Below are positions 17,160 to 25,963 of a stretch of 32,000 nt of DNA, one piece after another. The stretch comes from Thermococcus kodakarensis KOD1 (GTDB lineage Archaea; Methanobacteriota_B; Thermococci; Thermococcales; Thermococcaceae), in contig NC_006624.1 of NCBI RefSeq assembly GCF_000009965.1, positions 1,050,001 through 1,082,000 of the forward strand, written 5' to 3'. The position numbers and the translations under genes are program-made. The notes below the pieces were generated by a model. That model had not been told where the DNA came from and ran no database searches. It saw only the letters and a program-made list of their open reading frames with translations. Numbering within the stretch: position 1 is the first letter of the stretch; each line of letters starts with the position of its first letter.

Positions 17160-17756
17160 TCATATCACGTAGTTAGTCTTGCTCTCGTCATACCTATCGA
17201 AGTCCTCACCGTAGATTTCCTTCACGTAGGAGAGCATGTTGAAGTCCTTCCTGAGCGGGTGCTTCTCGTACTCCCTCGGCTCCAGGATGAACGGCCCAAG
17301 TCTCGGATTGCCCTCGAAGATTATTCCGAAGAACTCATGTGCCTCCCTCTCGTAGGTCTCAGCAACCGGCCAGATGTCCATGACCGTCGGGAGCTTCGCC
17401 TCGTCCCTTGGAACCCTTGTCTTCACGAACGCGTGAACGCTCTCGCTTACGCTCCAGAGCTGGTAGTTGACCTCGAACTGGCCCTCCTTGAGCCAGTCCA
17501 CGACGCTTATCTGCATGAGCATCTCGAACTTCTCGCTTGCTAGCTCAAGGAATTCGTGTATTCTATCCGCTGGAACGATGAACTTGATGCGTCTCTCGCG
17601 GATTACCTCTCCCTCGGCGTAGGGGGCCTTTTCAAGGAGCGCCTTCACGAGCTTTCCTTCCTTTGTGTCCGGAAGGGTCGGCTTCTCCTCCACGGTTGCC
17701 TCCTCCTGAACCTTCTCCTCGACTTTGGGCTTCTCGTTCATATCCATGCGAGCCAC
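17160..17756 (-). CDS. mbxK: Mbx/MBS subunit K (NuoC-like)
   Basis: AETYEREAHEFFGIIFEGNP, a NuoC signature. Glu/Lys-rich N-terminal extension. Confidence 0.85.
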   Translation of the reverse strand: MARMDMNEKPKVEEKVQEEATVEEKPTLPDTKEGKLVKALLEKAPYAEGEVIRERRIKFIVPADRIHEFLELASEKFEMLMQISVVDWLKEGQFEVNYQLWSVSESVHAFVKTRVPRDEAKLPTVMDIWPVAETYEREAHEFFGIIFEGNPRLGPFILEPREYEKHPLRKDFNMLSYVKEIYGEDFDRYDESKTNYVI

Positions 17757-18337
17757 CTCCTTGCATCCTTCTCACGCCATCCTTCGCCGAACAGCTCATC
17801 CTGGTTCTTCTTGTACCACTCGTAGTTCTCCTTGTACCTCTTCCAGCCGTCGGCTTCACCGTTCTCAATCTTGCGCATTATCTCCATTATTCCGTCCATG
17901 ACAGCTTCCGGCCGCGGCATGCAGCCGGCTATGGCAACGTCAATCGGTATGTACTTGTCGAGCTGTTTAACCACGTTGTAGGAGTCCCAGTAGACGCCAC
18001 CGTTTATCGGACAGGAGCCGTGGGCGAGTACGTACTTCGGATCCTGCATCATCTCGTAGGTTATGATTATCCTCTTGAGTGTCTTCGGCGTGACGTAGCC
18101 CGTGATGAGGAAGAGGTCTGCCATCCTGGGGGCTGGGTTGGGCATTATTCCGAAACGCTCGAAGTCGTACCTGGCGGTGGCTAACGGCGGCATCTCGATA
18201 CCGCCACAGCCGGTACAGAAGGCCACTATCCAGAGGCTCTTCTTTCTAGCCCACCTGAAGAGGGGCTCGAAGAGCTGGAACTCCTTCAGTTCGTAGTGTA
18301 TTACATCACCGTTCTGCATCTCGCTCATCACCATCAC
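17738..18337 (-). CDS. mbxJ: Mbx/MBS subunit J (NuoB-like [4Fe-4S] subunit)
   Basis: Cluster ligand contexts FCTGCGGIEM, HGSCPINGG and IAGCMPRPE. Confidence 0.88.
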   Translation of the reverse strand: MMVMSEMQNGDVIHYELKEFQLFEPLFRWARKKSLWIVAFCTGCGGIEMPPLATARYDFERFGIMPNPAPRMADLFLITGYVTPKTLKRIIITYEMMQDPKYVLAHGSCPINGGVYWDSYNVVKQLDKYIPIDVAIAGCMPRPEAVMDGIMEIMRKIENGEADGWKRYKENYEWYKKNQDELFGEGWREKDARRWLAWI

Positions 18338-18338
18338 C

Positions 18339-19232
18339 TCACATCGTCAGGAGGACGGCTATTATTCCGATTATCGTGGGCCACTTCCAGAAGAACTTCG
18401 CCGCTTGGTCAATGGTGAACCTCGGGTAGATGCTGGCTATGAAAATCGATATGAACAGCACTGCAATCTGCTTGATGAGGAGTTCGAGGAGGTTGCTCGC
18501 TCCACCGAGGAACAGCACAGCGAAGAACGCTGTTTCAGCAAAGAGCTGAACTGCGTGCTGGGTGAAGAGCAGTGCCGCGTGCTTTCCACCGTACTCAACC
18601 ATCGGACCCATGGAGATTTCCGCCGGTGCTGGAATGATGTCAAACGGCTCGAGACCTAGCATTGCCTGGAAGACTATGTCAAAGACTATCAGCGCTAGGA
18701 GCAGTGCTGGGACCGTTATGCTCCATCCATGGGCCTGCTGGAGAGCAACTATATCGTTCAGCTTGAAGGTTCCCCAGTGCTGGATGAGGGCTATCAGAGC
18801 TAGGCCGTATGGGAGCTGCATGGCAACCATTGTGAGGAGTCCACGCTGGACACCGACCGCTGAATACGGGTTTCCTGAGCTCATTGCACCGAGCATTATT
18901 CCGAGCATCGGGACCTCAAGGAGGTAGGCAACGACGATGAGGTCTGCGTTGGTGCTGAACAGCTGGAAGTTGGCTATTGGTATGAAGAGGAGCGCTGCTA
19001 TGCTGGCTCCGAGGGCAAACACGGGGCCGAAGTCATAGATGAAGCCGTGGCTGACGCTCTCCTTCTTGCCGAGCAGTTTAAGGGTGTCTATGATGGGCTG
19101 GTATATCGGGGGTCCAACCCTTCTCTGTATCCTCGCCATCGCCTTTCTCTCGATACCCATGAAGATGAAGCCCATGAAAGTCGCGTAGATGAGTATCCCA
19201 ATCGTCTCAAGTATGAGCTTCCAGTCTATCAT
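18339..19232 (-). CDS. mbxM: Mbx/MBS subunit M (NuoH-like membrane subunit)
   Basis: 297 aa with about 8 TM helices. RRVGPPIYQPIIDTLKLLGKK is a NuoH-type loop. Confidence 0.85.
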   Translation of the reverse strand: MIDWKLILETIGILIYATFMGFIFMGIERKAMARIQRRVGPPIYQPIIDTLKLLGKKESVSHGFIYDFGPVFALGASIAALLFIPIANFQLFSTNADLIVVAYLLEVPMLGIMLGAMSSGNPYSAVGVQRGLLTMVAMQLPYGLALIALIQHWGTFKLNDIVALQQAHGWSITVPALLLALIVFDIVFQAMLGLEPFDIIPAPAEISMGPMVEYGGKHAALLFTQHAVQLFAETAFFAVLFLGGASNLLELLIKQIAVLFISIFIASIYPRFTIDQAAKFFWKWPTIIGIIAVLLTM

Positions 19233-21083
19233 TCACAGCACCCCCCAGAGAGCCAGGATTACGAGTACTATGGCCAGATACCATGAGTAGGCCTGCACGT
19301 TCCCGTTGTAGAACCCTTCCCTCAGTGTGTCAGCGAAGTCCTCGCTGAGCTGGGCAATCCTCTCGTAGAATTTGTCGAAGCTGTACCTGAGCCAGAACGC
19401 TAAGGCTTCTTTGAGCGGAAGGTAGAAGTTCCTCCTTATGCTGAGGTTGAATTCCTCGGTTACGGGGTTACCCGACTGGTATGTGTTGGTAACCGGTATT
19501 CTCCTTGCCTTCGCGCCGTAGAGGTAGATGAGACCAGCTATGGCCAGGCCAACCACGAGCAGGAGGGCAACGGTCAGGGCGTTGTAGGTTCCGGTCTGAG
19601 TAACGAGCTTGTAGTAGTTGCCGCCCACGACCTCTCCACCGAGGGCCTTGTTGAGGTAGTTCGTGACAAGTCCCGGAGCTATTCCGAAGACGATGTTCGG
19701 GATTGCTAGTATTGCCATCGCTATGAGGAGCGGTAGCGGGGCTTCCTTCACATCTTCAAGGTCGCTGGGCCTCTGGCCGAACCACACCGCGTAGAGGAAC
19801 CTGACGACGTAGGCAAAGGCCAGCGCGCTTCCGAGGAATATGGCTCCAGCTACAAGGGGCATGTGGGCGCTGATAGCGGCCTCGTAGATTAGCCACTTGC
19901 TGGCGAAACCAGCCATCGGCGGTATTCCTGCGAGGCTGAGGACTGCTATGAGTCCCATCGCGAAGGTAAAGGGCATCTTCTCAGCTAATCCGCCGAAGTC
20001 CTTGAACTGAGTCTTGCCTGTCTGGAGGATTATAGCGGCTGTGACGAGCCAGAAGAGACCCTTGAAGACGGCGTGGCTGAGGACGTGGAAGAGACCTCCA
20101 GCGAAGCCAAGCCCCGTGCCAAGTCCGAAGGCGAGGAGGATGTAGCCAACCTGACCGACTGACGAGTACGCGAAGAGCTTCCTTATGTCCTCCTGCAGAA
20201 CGGCTAAGAAGCTGGCGACGACGACCGTTATAGCTCCTATCCACGCTATTATGTACGCAAAGGTGAGGTGGCCGTGGAAGGTTCCGAGGGCGTAGTAGAG
20301 CTTGGCACCCATCAGGATGTAGAGGAGCAGGAATCCATAGGCCCCTGCCTTGCTGAGGGCGCCGCTGAAGAAGGTCGTGTAGCTCTGGTCGGTCTCGCTG
20401 TAAGCTCCTGGTGCCCAGACGTGGAGCGGCCAGGCACCAGCCTTAACGCCGAACGCCGTGAGGAACAGAACGAAGATTAGAGCGGTCTCACCCTTGCTGA
20501 TTGAGCCGAGCATCGCGTCCATGTAGAGGGCCTGCCTTATTGAGTCAAAGTCGAGGGCCCCTGTCTTAGCGTAGATAAGCGCTATTGCCAGAAGCATAGC
20601 GTAGGCTCCGATAACGCTCAGCACGAAGTACTTGAGGGACTCGTGCCTGTTCCTCTTGAGAACCATCATGAAGCTGGCGAAGGTCATAAGCTCCCAGAGC
20701 AGGAAGAAGCTGACGAAGTCCCAGCTGAGGAAGACGCCAAGGACTCCAGTGTAGCTCATAAGGGCGAAGAGCCAGTCGTAGCCGTTCTTGCTTGTTGAGA
20801 CCATGCCGAATGCCATAGCCAGGCCGACTAGGGAAGCTATGGCGGCAAAGTACCAGTTCAGCATTCCCAGAGTGAAGGTTACCTTAAACCCGCTCACGGT
20901 CATCTGGTAAGTTATCGGGTTGTTCGGATTGTTGACGATAGTCGGGTAGAGCTTGGCGAGGAACGCCAATGGAGTGGCTGCACCGATGACTCCGATAAGC
21001 TCGCGGACTCCCTTCACGTTAATCAGCCAGGCGAGCACTCCAGCAAGGAGAGGAGTAAAGAGGATAATCGGTATTTCGTTCAT
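19233..21083 (-). CDS. mbxH': Mbx/MBS subunit H' (second MrpD/NuoL-like antiporter-type subunit)
   Basis: 616 aa, polytopic, antiporter-like with WAPGAY and FAYSSVGQVGY motifs. It abuts mbxM and overlaps mbxH by 4 nt. Confidence 0.85.
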   Translation of the reverse strand: MNEIPIILFTPLLAGVLAWLINVKGVRELIGVIGAATPLAFLAKLYPTIVNNPNNPITYQMTVSGFKVTFTLGMLNWYFAAIASLVGLAMAFGMVSTSKNGYDWLFALMSYTGVLGVFLSWDFVSFFLLWELMTFASFMMVLKRNRHESLKYFVLSVIGAYAMLLAIALIYAKTGALDFDSIRQALYMDAMLGSISKGETALIFVLFLTAFGVKAGAWPLHVWAPGAYSETDQSYTTFFSGALSKAGAYGFLLLYILMGAKLYYALGTFHGHLTFAYIIAWIGAITVVVASFLAVLQEDIRKLFAYSSVGQVGYILLAFGLGTGLGFAGGLFHVLSHAVFKGLFWLVTAAIILQTGKTQFKDFGGLAEKMPFTFAMGLIAVLSLAGIPPMAGFASKWLIYEAAISAHMPLVAGAIFLGSALAFAYVVRFLYAVWFGQRPSDLEDVKEAPLPLLIAMAILAIPNIVFGIAPGLVTNYLNKALGGEVVGGNYYKLVTQTGTYNALTVALLLVVGLAIAGLIYLYGAKARRIPVTNTYQSGNPVTEEFNLSIRRNFYLPLKEALAFWLRYSFDKFYERIAQLSEDFADTLREGFYNGNVQAYSWYLAIVLVILALWGVL

Positions 21084-22567
21084 GCTCCCACCCCCATTAG
21101 AGGAACGTTCTTGATGTAGTTGGCCACGTTAAAGATGTCCTGACCGGCCTTTTGGACGATAGTCCAGACGTCGTTCGGGTAAACGCCTATGACTATTATC
21201 AATGCAGCGAGGAAGATTGCTATGACGCCTATGGCGAAGTTCTCCCTGACCCTCTCGCCGCCTTCGACGAACCATATCGTATGGATCAGCCTGAGGTAAT
21301 AAACCGCCTCGACGACGCTGGCACCGAGGATGAGGGCGACGCTCCAGGAGTAGCCAGCCTCGACACCGGCGAGGAGTATCCTGACCTTGCTCCAGAAGAT
21401 GTTGAAGAGCGGTATTCCGACGGCGGCGAGGGAACCTATGGTGAGTGTTAAAGCCGTTAAAGGCATCCTCTTGCCGAGTCCCTGGAAGTTCTCGATGGTG
21501 GTCCCGCCGAGGGCAACGCCGACGTATCCGACCGTGAGGAAGAGAAGGGCCTTAACGATGGCGTGGTTGACCATGTGAAAGACTCCCGCGTCAACGCCTG
21601 CCTGAGTGCCGAGGGCGAGGGCAAAGGCAATCATTCCCACCTGACTGATCGAGGAGTAGGCTATCATCCTCTTGACGTCCTTCTGTCTCAGTGCCGAGAA
21701 CTCGGCAACGACTACTGTCAAGGTGGCCATTATTATGACCAGCTTAAGGACGCCGCTCCATCCGTTTGCGTTCTGGAGTATGTAGAGGAGCCTTGCTATC
21801 GCGTAGAGGCCAGCTTTGACGACGAAGGCTGAGAACATAACGGTTATCGGGTGCGGTGCGGCCTGGTAGGCATCCGGCGCCCAGGCATTGAGCGGGAACA
21901 GTTCAGCCTCGACTGCCAGGCCGAAGATTATCAGTGCGAGGCCGACCTGTGCAACAGTCGGGTCAATAGCTCCCGCAAGCTGAGCGAGGTGAGCCATGTT
22001 GAGGGTTCCAGTCGCCCCATAGATGAGGGCAACGCCGATGAGGAAGAAGCTTGAGCCTATTCCACCGAGGACGATGTACTTCATTGAGGCTTCAGCCGCT
22101 TCGCCGGTCTTGTTGTAGGCGGTGAGGGCGTAGGCAGTTATTGAGGTTATCTCCATGAAGACGAACAGGTTGAAGAGGTCTCCCGTCGCTATCATTCCCG
22201 TCGCACCGAGCATCAGCAGGAGGAAGAGCATGGCGTACTTGTCAACCGGTTCGACGGTGACTGCTCTGAAGCTGAAGAACGCCATGAAGAAGCTGATTAC
22301 TGCTATTATGAACACGAAGAGCGCCGCAAAGTGGCCGATGTAAAGGTTAATGCCGACTGGCGGCTTCCAGCCACCTGCCATGACTATTATCGGCTTCCCT
22401 GTGGAATAGACCTCGTTTGCCACCCAGCCGGCTATTGCAGTCTGGAGTGCGGTGATGAGCACTAGGTAGCCCATCACGGCCTTCCTTCCAAGTCCCTTTA
22501 TCAGCGGGACGAAGAATGCGCTGATGAGCGGTAAAGCTATGAGGAGTGAAGCGTACTGACCGTTCAT
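21080..22567 (-). CDS. mbxH: Mbx/MBS subunit H (MrpD/NuoM/N-like antiporter-type subunit)
   Basis: 495 aa, polytopic, with NAWAPDAY and IAYSSISQVG motifs. Confidence 0.85.
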   Translation of the reverse strand: MNGQYASLLIALPLISAFFVPLIKGLGRKAVMGYLVLITALQTAIAGWVANEVYSTGKPIIVMAGGWKPPVGINLYIGHFAALFVFIIAVISFFMAFFSFRAVTVEPVDKYAMLFLLLMLGATGMIATGDLFNLFVFMEITSITAYALTAYNKTGEAAEASMKYIVLGGIGSSFFLIGVALIYGATGTLNMAHLAQLAGAIDPTVAQVGLALIIFGLAVEAELFPLNAWAPDAYQAAPHPITVMFSAFVVKAGLYAIARLLYILQNANGWSGVLKLVIIMATLTVVVAEFSALRQKDVKRMIAYSSISQVGMIAFALALGTQAGVDAGVFHMVNHAIVKALLFLTVGYVGVALGGTTIENFQGLGKRMPLTALTLTIGSLAAVGIPLFNIFWSKVRILLAGVEAGYSWSVALILGASVVEAVYYLRLIHTIWFVEGGERVRENFAIGVIAIFLAALIIVIGVYPNDVWTIVQKAGQDIFNVANYIKNVPLMGVGA

Positions 22568-22908
22568 CCTCTCAACCTCCTTATTTCCTCAACGTTAAGG
22601 GTTCCGTACTTCTCATAGATCAAAATGGCAGCGCTAAGGGCCATAGCAGTTGTGGCAACACCGATAACTATTGCCGTGAGGACGAGAGCCTGCGGGATTG
22701 GGTCAACGGCCTGGTTCCACTTTATTCCCTCGCTCAGAATGGGTGCGCTCTTCCCTGAGACGTAGCCAACGCTTATCAGGAGAAGGTTGACGCCGGTCTC
22801 CATGATGCTCAGGCTGATGAGTATCTTCATGAGGTTCTTCTTGACGAGGACCCCGTAGAGGCCTATGAGGACGAGTGCTATCGCGCCGAAGTAGTAGACT
22901 GAAATCAT
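22564..22908 (-). CDS. mbxG: Mbx/MBS subunit G (MrpC/NuoK-like)
   Basis: 114 aa, 3 TM, 4-nt overlaps on both sides. Confidence 0.8.
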   Translation of the reverse strand: MISVYYFGAIALVLIGLYGVLVKKNLMKILISLSIMETGVNLLLISVGYVSGKSAPILSEGIKWNQAVDPIPQALVLTAIVIGVATTAMALSAAILIYEKYGTLNVEEIRRLRG

Positions 22909-23633
22909 TCTCTCACCTCCTCCTTGAGCATGTTGTCAACGATACCGCTGAGCTCCGTTCCGACCTTGATGCCGATTATCGTGTAGATTATCGGTATGAA
23001 GCCGCCGCTGAAGAGTCTGCCGATGTTGTCAGTGCCCCAGTGCCAGGTCTGCCATATCCAGTCGAAGAGGAAGTAGCCGCCGATTGCAAGCCCGATGAGG
23101 CCGACGAGGACGTAGCTCATTCCAGCTAGACCTTCGACCTTTTCAAAGGCCTTGTGGGGAATCTCGTAGATCGTGAACGCCATGTACAGCAGCAAGAATG
23201 CCGTGGCTATCGTCGCTCCACCTGGGAAACCTCCACCAGGGGTGAGGTGTCCGTGGATGAATATGTAGGCACCGAACATGACTATGAACGGGAAGAGAAG
23301 CTCCGCACCAGTTGTGAGGACGACGGAACCCTCGACCTTAGCTGTTCTCTCCCTCTTCTTCCTCCAGAGAAGGGCAGCGACACCAGTCGAGGCTATGAAG
23401 AGAACGGTGACCTCACCGAGGGTATCGAAACCACGGTAGTTAACGACTATCGCCGTTACCGCGTTAACGGCTCCCGTCTGTTCCTTAACGTGCTGGAGGT
23501 AGTAATGGCCAACGAGCATCTTGTCCTCGCCGAATGGGACTCCAGCGAGGCCCTGGGCCAGCCAGTAGCCAACTATCAGGAGTGTGATTATCGCGAGCGA
23601 CCTCTTGAGTATGCTCACCATCTCACCCACCAC
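22905..23633 (-). CDS. mbxF: Mbx/MBS subunit F (MrpB-like)
   Basis: 242 aa, polytopic. The start is GTG 23633 or ATG 23621 and overlaps the mbxD end. Confidence 0.8.
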   Translation of the reverse strand: MVGEMVSILKRSLAIITLLIVGYWLAQGLAGVPFGEDKMLVGHYYLQHVKEQTGAVNAVTAIVVNYRGFDTLGEVTVLFIASTGVAALLWRKKRERTAKVEGSVVLTTGAELLFPFIVMFGAYIFIHGHLTPGGGFPGGATIATAFLLLYMAFTIYEIPHKAFEKVEGLAGMSYVLVGLIGLAIGGYFLFDWIWQTWHWGTDNIGRLFSGGFIPIIYTIIGIKVGTELSGIVDNMLKEEVRE

Positions 23634-23899
23634 CCTGGCTTCTCCTCTTCCTCAGTCTCAAAGCGCTGGGTTCTCTTAACGGCGAAGATAACTATAGCGC
23701 CGCTCAGTGCGGCACCTATGGCAGCTTCGGTCATTGCCACATCGGGAGCCTGAAGCATGAAGAACAGGATCGACGCGAACAGGCTCACCGCGGCCATACC
23801 GACTGCTGCAGCAAGCAGATCCCTCCACTCAACTGCGAGTATTGCCGATATGATCATGAGGGCAACTACTATGTATTCAATACAGGTTATACAGTTCAT
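23615..23899 (-). CDS. mbxD: Mbx/MBS subunit D (small MrpA-C-terminal/DUF4040-like membrane subunit)
   Basis: 94 aa, 3 TM; assigned by its position in the operon. Confidence 0.75.
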   Translation of the reverse strand: MNCITCIEYIVVALMIISAILAVEWRDLLAAAVGMAAVSLFASILFFMLQAPDVAMTEAAIGAALSGAIVIFAVKRTQRFETEEEEKPGWWVRW

Positions 23900-24288
23900 T
23901 CCTCACCACCCTCCTTTGAGGCTTCGGTTTCGGCTTTTTCCTTGGCCTCCAGGTGCTCGCGGTACTTGTCAACCACACTGCCCTGCCAAAGCGGGATTCC
24001 GCTCTTGTAGGCTGCTCTGATAAGCGCGTGGGCGCTTATCGGGTTGGTCAGCAGAAGGAAGAGCGCTATGACGACGCTCTTGGTGAACCAAGACCACGAG
24101 AGGCCGTCGCCAACCGCCCAGAGGCCGACTCCCACCATGACGCCGAGGGATCCGAGGGTGGCGCTCTTCGTTGATGTCTGCATCCTGTTGTAAACGTCTG
24201 GCATTCTGATGAGACCCAGGGCTGAGAGGAAGTAGAAGAACGTTCCAATTAAAACCAGAGCTTCACCAAGTGCTGAGAGCACGTTCAT
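23896..24288 (-). CDS. mbxC: Mbx/MBS subunit C (MrpG-like)
   Basis: LGLIRMPDVYNRMQTSTKSATLG is an MnhG/MrpG signature. Confidence 0.82.
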   Translation of the reverse strand: MNVLSALGEALVLIGTFFYFLSALGLIRMPDVYNRMQTSTKSATLGSLGVMVGVGLWAVGDGLSWSWFTKSVVIALFLLLTNPISAHALIRAAYKSGIPLWQGSVVDKYREHLEAKEKAETEASKEGGEE

Positions 24289-24539
24289 AGACCTCCCTCC
24301 ATGTAGCGTGCGAACGCTATGACACCGCCGAAGGCCAGGATTGCATAAACCAGAGCAACGTCGAGGAAGATGATGCGCTTGTAGTAGAGCGCGAAGAGCA
24401 CCATCAGTCCCGTTGTTATCGTGGTCATGATGTCCACTGCCACCAGCCTGTCGGGGGTCGTTGGGCCGACCATGAAGCGGTACATGCTGAGCAGTGTTGC
24501 TATCGCTATGAGTGCCAGATAAACACCTATCCCTATCAT
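24285..24539 (-). CDS. mbxB: Mbx/MBS subunit B (MrpF-like)
   Basis: 84 aa, 3 TM, with GPTTPDRLVAVD, an MrpF-type motif. Confidence 0.8.
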   Translation of the reverse strand: MIGIGVYLALIAIATLLSMYRFMVGPTTPDRLVAVDIMTTITTGLMVLFALYYKRIIFLDVALVYAILAFGGVIAFARYMEGGL

Positions 24540-25069
24540 CCGAAGATCACCTTCAGGAATTTTTCAAAGGGTCTTGTGATGTTCTCGGAGGCCTTCTCAA
24601 CGTGAACCTCCTCGCTTTCAGCGTGGAGAACCTCGTCCGGAACCCATATCCAGTGGATGAAGTAGTCGTCCCCATCGACGTCGAGGGTTATCGTACCCGG
24701 CGTGAGGGTTATTGAGTTTGCCAGTGAGAGTTTCCCAGGGTTTGTTTTGAGGATGGTCTTGCAGTGAACTATCCCCGGCCTTATCGGCCTCTTGGGGTGG
24801 AGAACCCTGTAGGCAACGTCTAAGTTTGCCATGATCATCGCCCACAGGAAGTAGGGAGCGTAGGCTATCGCGTAGGCGACCCTCTTCGGATGGAGGTTCG
24901 CCAGTCCTCTCGTTGTGAATATTGGGTATGTTATCGCCGCCACTATCGCTGAGAGAACGAAGCCGAAGATAAGCTCCTGCTGGTCGAGGCTTGCCGTCAG
25001 TGCCAGCCATATTAAAAACAGGATTATCAGGGTGTATAGGTACCTGCTAATCTTACTCGCTTCCTCCAT
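24536..25069 (-). CDS. mbxA: Mbx/MBS subunit A (MrpE-like)
   Basis: 177 aa with two N-terminal TM helices and NSITLTPGT, an MrpE-type motif. GGAGGG SD lies upstream. First gene of the operon. Confidence 0.82.
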   Translation of the reverse strand: MEEASKISRYLYTLIILFLIWLALTASLDQQELIFGFVLSAIVAAITYPIFTTRGLANLHPKRVAYAIAYAPYFLWAMIMANLDVAYRVLHPKRPIRPGIVHCKTILKTNPGKLSLANSITLTPGTITLDVDGDDYFIHWIWVPDEVLHAESEEVHVEKASENITRPFEKFLKVIFG

Positions 25070-25117
25070 TCATCAACCCTCCAGAGAGTCTCAGCAGTTC
25101 TGGACTGCTAACCGAGG

Positions 25118-25177
25118 GTTTCTAACGATACCTTATAAACGTTATCTGCAAAGAACAAAGGTTTAGAACTTTTGGTT
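25118..25177 (-). promoter_or_regulatory. mbx promoter: TATA box flanked by SurR-type GTTn3AAC boxes
   Basis: GTTTAGAACTTTTGGTT at 25161-25177 is an exact GTTn3AACn5GTT. TTTATAA (minus) lies at 25134-25140. GTTTCTAAC at 25118-25126 lies between the TATA box and the expected TSS. Confidence 0.55.
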
Positions 25178-25304
25178 AAAATGGAGGTATCTAATTTGTC
25201 CAGCAGTCCAAAAAAGCGGGCATCAAAGTCCCTTCCCGTCGAAAAGCCCCAAAATCTTCTAAAAATCTTAGTAATGAGAATAGGAAAAGAAGCAGAAACT
25301 TCGA

Positions 25305-25805
25305 CTAATATATGGATATTCTCTTGACACCTTCGAGCTTGGAGAGCTCGTTTATTAAGTCTCCCGGTATGGGCCTCTCAGTGATTATCGTAAGGGTAGC
25401 CTCAGGGTAGAGTTCAGGATCTTCTGCGACTACCTGTATGATGTTTATGTCATGCTCCGCTATCTTCTGGGCTATCTTCGCGAGTATTCCCACTGCCCTC
25501 GGTTCGGGTTCTATCTCGATGACGCCGTAGCCAACGTGCCTGCCGACGTACTTCATGTGGACGGTCGGCTCGAGGTTCGTGTATATGTCCCTCAGCTCGG
25601 GAACTTTGAGAATCATTCCAACGGTCTCTTTAACGACTCTCCTGTCAACATCGAGGGCCTTGGCTATCTTGGTGTACGGGACTTCAATGTCCCCGGCCTT
25701 TATCTTCATATCATCGGAGACCCTAAGACCATACTTCAGGAGGGTTTTCGCTATGAGTTTCCTCACAGGATATTCGTCAAAGTAGTGCTCGATCCTTCCC
25801 CACAT
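25305..25805 (-). CDS. ACT-domain regulatory protein (COG2150-like, N-terminal HTH-like domain plus C-terminal ACT)
   Basis: 166 aa. The C-terminal GVIEIEPEPRAVGILAKIAQKIAEHDINIIQVVAEDPE region has a typical ACT beta-alpha-beta pattern. Confidence 0.75.
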   Translation of the reverse strand: MWGRIEHYFDEYPVRKLIAKTLLKYGLRVSDDMKIKAGDIEVPYTKIAKALDVDRRVVKETVGMILKVPELRDIYTNLEPTVHMKYVGRHVGYGVIEIEPEPRAVGILAKIAQKIAEHDINIIQVVAEDPELYPEATLTIITERPIPGDLINELSKLEGVKRISIY

Positions 25806-25963
25806 CCTGCATCACCCACTTAAGTTCACCACTATACTTTTTGCATCATTGATATTAAAATGTTTCCATGTCCGCATAATGACAATCTCAGGGGTTTAAA
25901 AATTTTGAGGATGGATAAAACCTCCATCGTCGAGTTTTTAAAAGCGGATGAAAACCCGTGGAC

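Noticed and set aside
15546-24715. Numerous 60-200-aa plus-strand ORFs inside the mbx operon (e.g. 15546-16103, 16067-16552, 17067-17543, 17663-18184, 23154-23753)
   Set aside because: All are antisense to strongly recognisable Mbx subunits, have Arg/Pro/Val/Asp-rich compositions, and lack SD or TATA signals. They are shadow ORFs in GC-rich coding DNA.
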